From: a virus
Taxonomy: Duplodnaviria; Caudoviricetes
Virus record (IMG/VR): IMGVR_UViG_3300030419_002509
Coordinates: 1 to 35,097 of that record
Reading direction: 5' to 3' (one strand)
DNA: 35,097 nucleotides
Each line of letters begins with the position of its first letter. Position 1 is the stretch's first letter. This document shows, in pieces, positions 1 through 7,995 of this stretch. The notes below the pieces were generated by a model. The model was given only the letters and a program-made list of their open reading frames with translations. It had not been told where the DNA came from and did no database searches. Both the position numbers and the translations under genes were made by a program.

Positions 1-1
1 A

Positions 2-529
2 GGAGAGTTTCATCCAGACCTACCATCATCTCATGGTCCTGTAGTTTATTATCACGGTACTGGTATGAAAAATGTGCCTAGTATTAGGCGAAAGGGTCTT
101 CAAAATAGATATGGTGAATCGTATGTATCAACTGAACCACATGTAAAGGATTACGGACTTTTCTTTGGCGATAAGGGTGGAAGTAGTGCGGGTCTGATAG
201 GAGTAAGACAAGGGGCAGGAACACCTAGCCCTTATTGGGGATATGGTGATGGTAGTTTTGATTCAGAAGAACGATTTTTTCCGAGACATTGGAAATATCA
301 TAAACCAATTCCACCAGAGTTCCTTGTAGATATGAGCAATTATGATTTACCTGTAGGAGAGTACGGGCGTCCGCAATCACCAGCAAAAGTTAGTGACTCG
401 GATTCTTTCGCACTCCCATCATTTTATGTTGATGGCGAACCACCAGAGTTAGGTATAGGAACTGATTTTGATTATGAAGATTGGGAAAAGAAATGGGGAA
501 CACAAAATATACCGGAGGGAGAGGCATGA
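2..529 (+). CDS. ADP-ribosyltransferase-fold protein (5'-partial; Tpt1/PARP-like H-G-T class)
   Basis: The frame of ORF 65..529 is open back to base 2, giving GEFHPDLPSSHGPVVYYHGTGMKNVPSIRRKGL. YHGT-x6-SI-x3-GL, then YVST and a late KPIPPEFL, are typical of ART-fold domains. Confidence 0.65.
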   Translation, partial: GEFHPDLPSSHGPVVYYHGTGMKNVPSIRRKGLQNRYGESYVSTEPHVKDYGLFFGDKGGSSAGLIGVRQGAGTPSPYWGYGDGSFDSEERFFPRHWKYHKPIPPEFLVDMSNYDLPVGEYGRPQSPAKVSDSDSFALPSFYVDGEPPELGIGTDFDYEDWEKKWGTQNIPEGEA

Positions 530-1152
530 CAGAAGCGTGGTGGCAGTTGCTCAAGGCAGCGGGGTCTTATCGTATGAATCCTAAAAGTGGTTACAGTATG
601 CACCAAATGCCGACCGAAATTGACTATGACTCAGTACGCCAATTTCTCATAGATAATCCCGGTAGCAATCTCGGTGACCTCATGCAACCATACCTTACAG
701 GCCAGTTAAGCCCAGCCGCGCCGGAACCCGAAGAAGGGTATGACGCTGATGCGCGCTCGTTCCAACAGCAGGCATACAGGCAACGCACACCGGGGATGGA
801 AGAGCGGCAACAGGTTGATGCCCCTTTTCCTTTATCAGAGGAAGAGGCACAGCGTCACATTAACTACATGCAAGGAAATGCAGGGTGGGAAATGCCTACT
901 CCAAAAAGAGGAGTGGCGCCGGATGCGGAATATACTGCACTCGCGAATGCCATGAGAGTATTACAAGGGAGAATGAGACAGATGCCCGAGATTGGTTTTG
1001 AGCCACAAAGGACAGACTCTTCCGGTAGAGGGGTAAATGCCGCATCACATGCTGGCCGTCTATCCTCATACGCTAATACACCACTAACTGTACTCCCACG
1101 CACTACAGAACAGGCTGTCGGTCAAGTCGGAGTGAGAGGTGTAACGGCGTGA
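526..1152 (+). CDS. Hypothetical protein with N-terminal EAWWQLLK leader (possible virion-associated protein)
   Basis: ATG at 526 overlaps the upstream stop (ATGA) and follows GGAGG at 514-518, so it is preferred to the TTG at 481. The body is Q/P/E-rich. Confidence 0.7.
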   Translation: MTEAWWQLLKAAGSYRMNPKSGYSMHQMPTEIDYDSVRQFLIDNPGSNLGDLMQPYLTGQLSPAAPEPEEGYDADARSFQQQAYRQRTPGMEERQQVDAPFPLSEEEAQRHINYMQGNAGWEMPTPKRGVAPDAEYTALANAMRVLQGRMRQMPEIGFEPQRTDSSGRGVNAASHAGRLSSYANTPLTVLPRTTEQAVGQVGVRGVTA

Positions 1153-1367
1153 CATTTTATCCAACACCCTCGCAATTTCGCAGCATACAGCGACATATTG
1201 ATACGGCGAGACGCTCGCAGCAAGGTTTGCCTAACGACAAGTTGTGGCCGCGTTTGCAGCCCACGAATCCGCAGGTCAAATGGTGGTGGGCACTGAACGA
1301 TATGACTCCCGAACAGCGACTCATGTGGTTGAACTACTATTATCCCGAGGTGATACAGAATGGCTAA
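1149..1367 (+). CDS. Small hypothetical protein
   Basis: GTGA overlap with the upstream gene and GAGGT upstream; 72 aa. Confidence 0.6.
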   Translation: MTFYPTPSQFRSIQRHIDTARRSQQGLPNDKLWPRLQPTNPQVKWWWALNDMTPEQRLMWLNYYYPEVIQNG

Positions 1368-2661
1368 TCCACTAAGCGGACACACAGCAGCGCAACTGAC
1401 CGGAGCAGCAGACGGTCTGCGTGACGGCGATGTCATCACATCTCCTTCAATAACCAACGCGCTTGAAGCACTCCACGGTAACGGTATTCTTCGCCTACAT
1501 GACAGTACTTACGGTAGCACCCGTAATGTCGTTAATGGTGGCGAAGGTGCAGTATCAGCAGGCGGTAGCGTCCATACTCTCACACTACAGGGTGGCTACT
1601 GTGTGCTTGACGGTGCGCTATACGAGTTCGGTGGTGGGCCGGGTGATACTCTAACAATCACTCTTGGTGCCGCGGGGCAAGGAACAGGTACTGCTCTTAC
1701 CTCTTCGGGGTCCGAGCAGTCACTCTACACCATCTTTCTCGCGGCAGAAGGCGGTAATGGTGGTGGTACAGCAGGACACGCGGGCGTGCATTACGCCGGC
1801 GGTACTCCTGTTGATGTAGCCACAGGCGTATATCCAACTCTGCCCGAACAGTATTTGCATAACTACGATGGAGCAACAGCGACCGAGAACGAACAAGTCA
1901 TCGTACTCGCAGTCGTGCGATGCAAGTACAATGGTTCGGGTGGTAACCACGATGTTGAAGTGGTGGAAATCAACGACAAGCGTGTCTTTCTCAATACCAA
2001 TCCGAAGTACATGGTACCAATCACTTCGGGCGGCAGTGCTGCTGACAACACAGGCAAGCAGTCACAGGTAAGGCGCAACGGTGGTGACGGTATCAATAAC
2101 GCTGCTCAACTGCGTGGCTTACACGCGAGTAATGAAGCGGGTACTATCGGAGAGGTTGTCGGAACATCAACGCATCTACACGATGTCGGAGCACTGTGGT
2201 TATCCACGGGCAGATACGGCACGCTGACGGCATCGGCTACACCCGGACCCCCCGGTGCCGCTGATGCCGGTTACGGCCATGGGCCGTCAGAAGGTCTTGA
2301 CCGCGCAGGTAACGGCACCGCCGATATTCTGTTCGCGGCCGGACAGGTGAATGCGGGCACCGCAGTCGCTACAAGCAGGCTCGTGTCACGAGGAGTTGAT
2401 GCGTTCGCTACAGCGCTGAATACCGCTTCATGGGTTATCCTACCCGAAGGCGACAGCATATTCTATCTCAGTGTGAATGCCGGTCAGACAGTTACACTCA
2501 CCCCAACAGGGGTATTCCACGAAGGGCATATCATTGAGATTCGTAACGCCGGTGCTGGCGGTACAGGCAACATATCATTCAGTGGTAATACAATCGCACC
2601 GACTCAATACGGGCGCTATGTCTATGAGGGCAGCGTGTGGTTAGAGTTATTCAAGGCGTAA
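1360..2661 (+). CDS. Gly/Thr/Ala-rich putative virion structural protein (tail/baseplate-associated)
   Basis: 433 aa with composition typical of tail proteins. The GYCVLDG...INDKRVFL segment resembles N-terminal modules of phage tail-fiber/baseplate proteins. GAGGTGA RBS. Confidence 0.55.
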   Translation: MANPLSGHTAAQLTGAADGLRDGDVITSPSITNALEALHGNGILRLHDSTYGSTRNVVNGGEGAVSAGGSVHTLTLQGGYCVLDGALYEFGGGPGDTLTITLGAAGQGTGTALTSSGSEQSLYTIFLAAEGGNGGGTAGHAGVHYAGGTPVDVATGVYPTLPEQYLHNYDGATATENEQVIVLAVVRCKYNGSGGNHDVEVVEINDKRVFLNTNPKYMVPITSGGSAADNTGKQSQVRRNGGDGINNAAQLRGLHASNEAGTIGEVVGTSTHLHDVGALWLSTGRYGTLTASATPGPPGAADAGYGHGPSEGLDRAGNGTADILFAAGQVNAGTAVATSRLVSRGVDAFATALNTASWVILPEGDSIFYLSVNAGQTVTLTPTGVFHEGHIIEIRNAGAGGTGNISFSGNTIAPTQYGRYVYEGSVWLELFKA

Positions 2662-2666
2662 TTGAG

Positions 2667-3410
2667 ATGGATGGGGCATTTGAGTACGCATGGGTCTTGC
2701 TTAAGGAAGAGAAGCGCCAATTATGGGGCGGCGACTTAGATAGATTTAGCGCCTTTAGGGCTGTGCCTAAATCCGCTATACCCGACATTCTTGAGCATGG
2801 TGTTCAGCCGCGTTCGCTTGAGCCATGGGGTGACCAAATATGGCACGATAGCGGTATCAAAATAGACCCCTATCAGAACAAAGGGTCATGGTGGTTCACG
2901 CACACCCCACGCTTCAGACAATTTTGGGATTGGTATAACAAACAAGGCGGTACAGGTAATGTGGATACTAAACACATACACCCACTTCTTATGGCTACAG
3001 ATTTTATGAGTGAAATCGCACCGCGAGAAGGTACAGGTGAGTTCAAGCGCAACCTGCGCGGGACCTACCGTGACGACTACCACACGATGAGAGATTTGTT
3101 CGGTGAGAGGCCGAAAAAACTGTGGCGCGAACAGAGGCGACCCGTACCGATGGGTATTGTTGGTGTCAAGGGCAAACTGCCGGGCAAGCATTGGAGAGAT
3201 AGAGAAGGATTCCCCTCACTTATGGGTAGCCCAACGAGCGCCGTTTTGACCACGAAGCCGGTGCCTGCGGATATGATTGAAGAGATAGAGCCGGTTGATA
3301 TGACAGAACTGAGTTCCACATACGACCCCCTAAATTGGTTCCGGGAGCGGGGGAAAGGTCATCAATTCAGTACAATTGACCCCAATACAGGGAAAACGAG
3401 GTGGGTATAA
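2667..3410 (+). CDS. Second ART-fold-like protein with N-terminal AFEYAWVLLK leader
   Basis: ATG at 2667 follows the upstream stop at 2661. Blocks FRAVP..IPDILEHGVQ, WFT, ATDF, GIVGVK and KPVPADMI are collinear with blocks in the 2..529 protein. Confidence 0.5.
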   Translation: MDGAFEYAWVLLKEEKRQLWGGDLDRFSAFRAVPKSAIPDILEHGVQPRSLEPWGDQIWHDSGIKIDPYQNKGSWWFTHTPRFRQFWDWYNKQGGTGNVDTKHIHPLLMATDFMSEIAPREGTGEFKRNLRGTYRDDYHTMRDLFGERPKKLWREQRRPVPMGIVGVKGKLPGKHWRDREGFPSLMGSPTSAVLTTKPVPADMIEEIEPVDMTELSSTYDPLNWFRERGKGHQFSTIDPNTGKTRWV

Positions 3411-3622
3411 TGGGCGACTTTCTTGACAGATTGAAGCAAAAATGCCCCTCGTGCTGGCAACTCGTTCTCGCTAAGCGCATTGAAGGGCGCTATGTCAATG
3501 ATAAACTCACCCGTATCCTAATTTGGGAATGCACTGAATGTGGGTGCCTATGGCAGAAACCACGGCGACCGAAAAACCTCCAAGAGGAGGCTATTTCGTC
3601 ACTTATCGCAAGTAATGACTGA
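3410..3622 (+). CDS. Zinc-ribbon protein
   Basis: CPSC...WECTEC; TAATG coupling at 3408-3412 with GAGGTG upstream. Confidence 0.7.
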   Translation: MGDFLDRLKQKCPSCWQLVLAKRIEGRYVNDKLTRILIWECTECGCLWQKPRRPKNLQEEAISSLIASND

Positions 3623-3709
3623 TTGGTCTTCCTCATGCCTCGGTAGCGTAAAGGCTTCGTGAGCCTTACCGCAGCGCTTGCACAAGACGACTACTGGTGT
3701 CTTCTCCAT
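3599..3709 (-). CDS. 36-aa putative metal-binding microprotein (not in ORF track)
   Basis: MEKTPVVVLCKRCGKAHEAFTLPRHEEDQSVITCDK; TATA-like TTATTATATG about 21 nt upstream of the ATG. Confidence 0.45.
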   Translation of the reverse strand: MEKTPVVVLCKRCGKAHEAFTLPRHEEDQSVITCDK

Positions 3710-3730
3710 TAAGTGTTAGGAATCTGTAGT

Positions 3731-3793
3731 CATATAATAACATTGGTGTAGTTTGCTACACCTACTTTACTTTATGACTCTGCTATATTTATG
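3731..3793. promoter_or_regulatory. Divergent archaeal TATA-type promoters for leaderless transcripts
   Basis: TTATTATATG (- strand, 3731-3740) and TATATTTATG (+ strand, 3784-3793) each lie about 21-23 nt before a start codon that has no RBS. Confidence 0.5.
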
Positions 3794-3816
3794 CGACTAA
3801 CCCCTATCCGAAACGC

Positions 3817-4638
3817 GTGTCACGCGATTTGTACCTCTACGAGGTGGGTCCGAGGGACGGTTTGCAGGCTCTCCCTCATACTATTTCAGTGGAAAACAGG
3901 GCTAAAATGGTGCGTACGCTAGCCGATGCGGGACTGCGTGACATAGAGGTCGGCTCGTTTGTCAGCCCGAAGAAAGTACCAACGATGGAGGATACAGCAG
4001 AAGTATTCCACCAATGCGCTGACATACAGGCGAATCTCGCAGCCCTTGTACCCAACAAGCGGGGTATGAGAGAAGCGCGTGAAGCGGGCGTAGAGCGATT
4101 CAACATATTTTTTTCAGCGGACGAGGCGTTCAACCAACGCAATCTCGGTAAGAGTCGTAAGCAGGCCATTGAAGAATATCATACGATGTTGTTTGATGTA
4201 CCGCCCGAGAAAATACGGGTGTATATCTCTATGGCTTTCGGTGAAGAATGCCCAGCCGATGCAATAGCGGACGCCGCCGCTTTTGGTGGCACTGTGGTAT
4301 TATGCGATACCAATGGGAGGGCATCACCGGACACTATACGACAAGTCATCGGTCTATCCTACGCTCCTACTGCGCTACATTTGCACTATAGTAGCGACAA
4401 AGAACAGATGTTCAACAACATATCAATCGCATACGATGCGGGCATACGCGAGTTTGACACAAGTATAGCAGGGCTTGGTGGTTGCCCATTTGTGCCCGGC
4501 AGTCGGGGCAATCTAGGCACAGGCGAACTCATCGCGTGGGCTGAACAAGAAGGACTAGACTGCGGAGTCAGTTTAGACGACATACAAGAAGCAGAAAATC
4601 TCGCTCGTATTTTGAGTAAAAAGGAGGTGACTGTATAA
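3817..4638 (+). CDS. hmgL: Hydroxymethylglutaryl-CoA lyase (DRE-TIM metallolyase)
   Basis: EVGPRDGLQ, IEVGSFVSPKKVP, LCDTNG, metal-binding HLH, and GLGGCPFVPG..GN with the catalytic Cys. Confidence 0.93.
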   Translation: MSRDLYLYEVGPRDGLQALPHTISVENRAKMVRTLADAGLRDIEVGSFVSPKKVPTMEDTAEVFHQCADIQANLAALVPNKRGMREAREAGVERFNIFFSADEAFNQRNLGKSRKQAIEEYHTMLFDVPPEKIRVYISMAFGEECPADAIADAAAFGGTVVLCDTNGRASPDTIRQVIGLSYAPTALHLHYSSDKEQMFNNISIAYDAGIREFDTSIAGLGGCPFVPGSRGNLGTGELIAWAEQEGLDCGVSLDDIQEAENLARILSKKEVTV

Positions 4639-4803
4639 ATGTGGATTGACATTCTGATTTGGTTTGCGGTATTTTGCCTATTGATGATATCATGGTGCGC
4701 TTGGGAACTTAGCCAATGGCGCGATATTGATATTGATATTGAAGCGGAAGAAATAGGCAAAGAAATGTGGCACGGCCTCCATCTCTCACGAGGTAGAGAG
4801 TGA
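4639..4803 (+). CDS. 54-aa single-pass membrane protein (not in ORF track)
   Basis: MWIDILIWFAVFCLLMISWCAW...; perfect GGAGGTGA at 4623-4630; TGATG coupling to the next gene. Confidence 0.7.
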   Translation: MWIDILIWFAVFCLLMISWCAWELSQWRDIDIDIEAEEIGKEMWHGLHLSRGRE

Positions 4804-5066
4804 TGCCTCAAGGGCCGTGGGTATGCCGCGTTATTATGCGTGCGTTGGAAAAACTGTACCTATTTACGGAATCAAAAATGAGTTACCCGAATGACCATAC
4901 CATACTCGGGGTAGCCATTGACGAAGACCTACAGAAGATGAGTAGGCGCGAATTGTGTTCCTATATTGAAGAGAACACGCCCGGTGAGGGGTCGTTTTGG
5001 AGGCTAGATAGTACGACCAAGATACGCTTCGGGTGCCAAATGATGAGGGGTGTAAATGACGATTGA
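4803..5066 (+). CDS. Hypothetical protein
   Basis: Coupled ORF of about 87 aa with GAGGT upstream. Confidence 0.65.
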   Translation: MPQGPWVCRVIMRALEKLYLFTESKMSYPNDHTILGVAIDEDLQKMSRRELCSYIEENTPGEGSFWRLDSTTKIRFGCQMMRGVNDD

Positions 5067-5253
5067 CCCCGAGTGGTATATATTCTTCCAACAATTTTGG
5101 GTGCAGAATATCATGGGGCTGATATTCGCTATAATTTTCTTTTTTCTAATGGCCTTTGAAGTGCTGTCTAAAGATGACCCGCTCATTATGCGAATCGTGC
5201 CTAAAGAGAGACCGCCGGATGAAGCGTTCTATTCAGATTCCTCGTTGGAATGA
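5056..5253 (+). CDS. Small membrane protein
   Basis: Hydrophobic segment IMGLIFAIIFFFLMAF; last + strand gene before the convergence point. Confidence 0.65.
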   Translation: MTIDPEWYIFFQQFWVQNIMGLIFAIIFFFLMAFEVLSKDDPLIMRIVPKERPPDEAFYSDSSLE

Positions 5254-5384
5254 GAGCCTTGTAAAGGTGGCGCGGTGCGCAATATACTACCAATTTCCTT
5301 AACCATCGCCCATAGGACGGGTAGTGCTATAACGAAAATGATGACGATGAAGAATGTAAAGAAGAGCAGAATAGTGTTATTCAC
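5229..5384 (-). CDS. 51-aa membrane protein (not in ORF track)
   Basis: GTGA overlap with 5381..5659; MNNTILLFFTFFIVIIFVIALPVLWAMV... Confidence 0.6.
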   Translation of the reverse strand: MNNTILLFFTFFIVIIFVIALPVLWAMVKEIGSILRTAPPLQGSHSNEESE

Positions 5385-5659
5385 AGCATACGACCCCCTA
5401 GTACATCGCTGACATCAACTCTGTATGCGCCGCCATCTACACCTTTGCGTTCTACTTTGGGTGCGGGTTCTTCCTCAACTTCGGGCGCAGTCTCCGGCTC
5501 CGGTTCGGGTAACACAGGCGTCTCACTTTTCGCGGGGGGTGGGTCTTTCCCCGACAGCGCGTCAGCCGCCCCTTGAATGGCCGATACTACCTGTTGCAGT
5601 GCAGCACGAAGGCGGGCGTTCTCACTCTCAAGACGAGCGACTTCGTCCGCTATGCTCAC
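5381..5659 (-). CDS. Coiled-coil/Pro-Glu-rich hypothetical protein
   Basis: EVARLESENARLRAAL heptads followed by a PE-rich linker; GAGGTG RBS and GTGA coupling. Confidence 0.7.
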   Translation of the reverse strand: MSIADEVARLESENARLRAALQQVVSAIQGAADALSGKDPPPAKSETPVLPEPEPETAPEVEEEPAPKVERKGVDGGAYRVDVSDVLGGRML

Positions 5660-5853
5660 TCAAGCACCTCGTCTAATTCAGTATGCCTGTGTTCTACGCA
5701 CAACCAACCTACTGTTTTCATGGTAGAAGGTCCTCTGTTTTCTCCCCTCAGCCTCTTGATTCCGATGATATTCGGCAATTTAGCATACAGTCTTCTCATG
5801 GGATTTTTGCATCGCGGGCATTTCTTTGCGGGGTCACGCTCACGCCTGCTCAT
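5656..5853 (-). CDS. Zinc-finger protein
   Basis: CPRC...CVEH; ATGA coupling to the chaperonin gene. Confidence 0.7.
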   Translation of the reverse strand: MSRRERDPAKKCPRCKNPMRRLYAKLPNIIGIKRLRGENRGPSTMKTVGWLCVEHRHTELDEVLE

Positions 5854-7358
5854 TCTGTTCGCCGTCCGATGATGTCATCAATGCGCAGGATTGCGAGGGT
5901 CACCTCAACAGCGCTACTGATAACTTGCTCAACGAGAGCGAGGGGTTCTACCACTCCGACATCAACCATGTCTTCTATGCCTCGTACGGAACCGTTGATG
6001 TACAGCCCCTTACGAGGGTCGGTCATACTGCGTAGTTCCATTACTACATCAAGAGCGTCCATACCAGCGTTACTCGCTATGGTAGCAGGTATGCACTCTA
6101 ATCCGTCAGCGAATGCCTCAATCGCCATACGCTCACGAGCGGACAGCCCTTCGGTTTCTTGCGCTTTCTTTCTTACAAGGCGGGCGAGATGGGAATAAGC
6201 CGCCCCACCGCCGGGTACAGCGCGGGAATCGTTCTGATACAGGCAAGTCACACCCACCGCATCGTCAAACGCCCGCTCAAACTCATCAAGAGTCTGCCGA
6301 GTAGCACCACGAATCAGCAAAGTGACCGCCTCACCCTCGCCATCTACGGTGACATAGCGTAAGTCGCCTATGTTCTGCTCTTCTACATGAGCGGATGGGG
6401 GTGTATCAGCCACATCTTGAACACGGTGGTAAATCGGCGCACCAGTCAGTCTGCTTAGCGCCTCCATATCACTCGTCTGTAAGGAGGTAACGAGAGGGAT
6501 ACCGTTCTGTTGCAGGTAGTGGCTTACAGCCTCATGCACACGGTCACGAACGAATACTACACCACCTTCGGCAGCACCCGCTACCATCGCCGCTGCTTCG
6601 GATAGAATCTCGTGCTCTTGTTGCTGAATAGCGTGCAATTGCTGTACATCTGTTACCTGCATCTGCACCTGTGTATAGTCAAACCCTTCAAGGCCACCAT
6701 TTAGTAGCAATACAGGCCCATCTACGCTCTTGGGAGTCTCATCGCTTGAGAACGCTTTGTTGAGTATGATGCCCGGATGCACTGCTGAGTCGGATAGTGA
6801 GCCACCGGTCTGTGTAACTACGCGTATGCGGTCAAGGTTGCCGCCTGCTTTCTCAGCCGCTTCAACACACAACTTCGCTGCACGGTCAAGGTCTGTATCA
6901 GCAGCCTTACCACGCAGTGCAGTCTTCGCTATGTCAATAATATCAACATCAGTTAGCCAATGGTCGTCCCCGAGGTCGGATAGCGCTAACTGCCCTGCCT
7001 CTTGGTACGCTCGGATAATGTCGCTCGGATGAACGCCACGGGTGAGCAGTATTTCGCTCACCTGTAGTAGTTGGCCTGCGAGAACAACCACGCTTGTCGT
7101 GCCGTCCTTGCAGGTTGCCTCTTGGGTCTTCGCTACATCGGCCATCATCTCTGCGCCCGGATGCTCTATGTCTATATCGCGAAGTATGCTAACACCATCG
7201 TTGGTAATCAGCGTACCCAATGCTTCGTTATACAACATCTTGTCAAACCCACCGGGGCCGAGGGTGCTACGCACCGCATCCGCTATTCCGATAGCCGCTC
7301 TAATGTTGCTTATCTGTGCTTCACGCCCTTTTGGGGCTTCTCTCTTTTCAGTCACCAT
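5850..7358 (-). CDS. ths: Group II chaperonin (thermosome-like)
   Basis: STLGPGGFDKM, ITNDGVSIL, KDGTTS (GDGTT variant), helical protrusion segment, LLIRG, PGGGA, ILRIDD. Confidence 0.95.
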   Translation of the reverse strand: MVTEKREAPKGREAQISNIRAAIGIADAVRSTLGPGGFDKMLYNEALGTLITNDGVSILRDIDIEHPGAEMMADVAKTQEATCKDGTTSVVVLAGQLLQVSEILLTRGVHPSDIIRAYQEAGQLALSDLGDDHWLTDVDIIDIAKTALRGKAADTDLDRAAKLCVEAAEKAGGNLDRIRVVTQTGGSLSDSAVHPGIILNKAFSSDETPKSVDGPVLLLNGGLEGFDYTQVQMQVTDVQQLHAIQQQEHEILSEAAAMVAGAAEGGVVFVRDRVHEAVSHYLQQNGIPLVTSLQTSDMEALSRLTGAPIYHRVQDVADTPPSAHVEEQNIGDLRYVTVDGEGEAVTLLIRGATRQTLDEFERAFDDAVGVTCLYQNDSRAVPGGGAAYSHLARLVRKKAQETEGLSARERMAIEAFADGLECIPATIASNAGMDALDVVMELRSMTDPRKGLYINGSVRGIEDMVDVGVVEPLALVEQVISSAVEVTLAILRIDDIIGRRTE

Positions 7359-7981
7359 GTCACCTCTATTTCTATTACTGCGCCTGTGTCTCGCGAACGA
7401 GCCTTCACGAACCCATCGCTGCGTCCATGAGCGTACAGGTCGTACGCCAGCCTTGCGTCCGCTATGCAGTATTTAGCCACTTCGCTGTGCCTACCTTCAC
7501 GCCACGCTTCGGGAGCCTCAATGCTAGTCATACCACTCTTACCTGTACCGAGCGTATGCTTACATATTTCTTCCAATGTAGCACTGTGTTTGGCTGCCGA
7601 GCGAAATAAACGAGAGGTGTCTCGGATACAGGCGTGTTGTTTTCCGAGCAGGGCGCCGGCTTCGTAGCAATCTAACGCATCACGAAGAACGGGTAGGTCA
7701 AAGCCTGCTATGTTGTGACCAACAATGACTCCACCTGCCTCGGTGTGCTTTAGTAGGTGTTCGCCGAGGTCTCGGGGGTGAAGAGGGTGACAAATCGCAC
7801 CTTCAACATCAAGAGCGGTTTTAGAGAAGAGGTGGGCACTATCACCATCCCATGTGGCGACAATGGTCGGCTCAAAGAGATGGGTTTTGTCCCAACCACC
7901 GACTTCCCACGAGTAATTAGCGGTTTCAATATCAAGAGCGAGAACTGGTTGCATTAAAAGCGCGAGAGGGGCGTGAGCCAT
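7352..7981 (-). CDS. DEDDy 3'-5' exonuclease (RNase H-like fold)
   Basis: ExoI LDIET, ExoII GHNIAGFDLP, ExoIII YCIAD. The start may instead be the Met of MQPVLALDIET. Confidence 0.85.
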   Translation of the reverse strand: MAHAPLALLMQPVLALDIETANYSWEVGGWDKTHLFEPTIVATWDGDSAHLFSKTALDVEGAICHPLHPRDLGEHLLKHTEAGGVIVGHNIAGFDLPVLRDALDCYEAGALLGKQHACIRDTSRLFRSAAKHSATLEEICKHTLGTGKSGMTSIEAPEAWREGRHSEVAKYCIADARLAYDLYAHGRSDGFVKARSRDTGAVIEIEVTW

Positions 7982-7995
7982 CAATCCTTCGGGGG

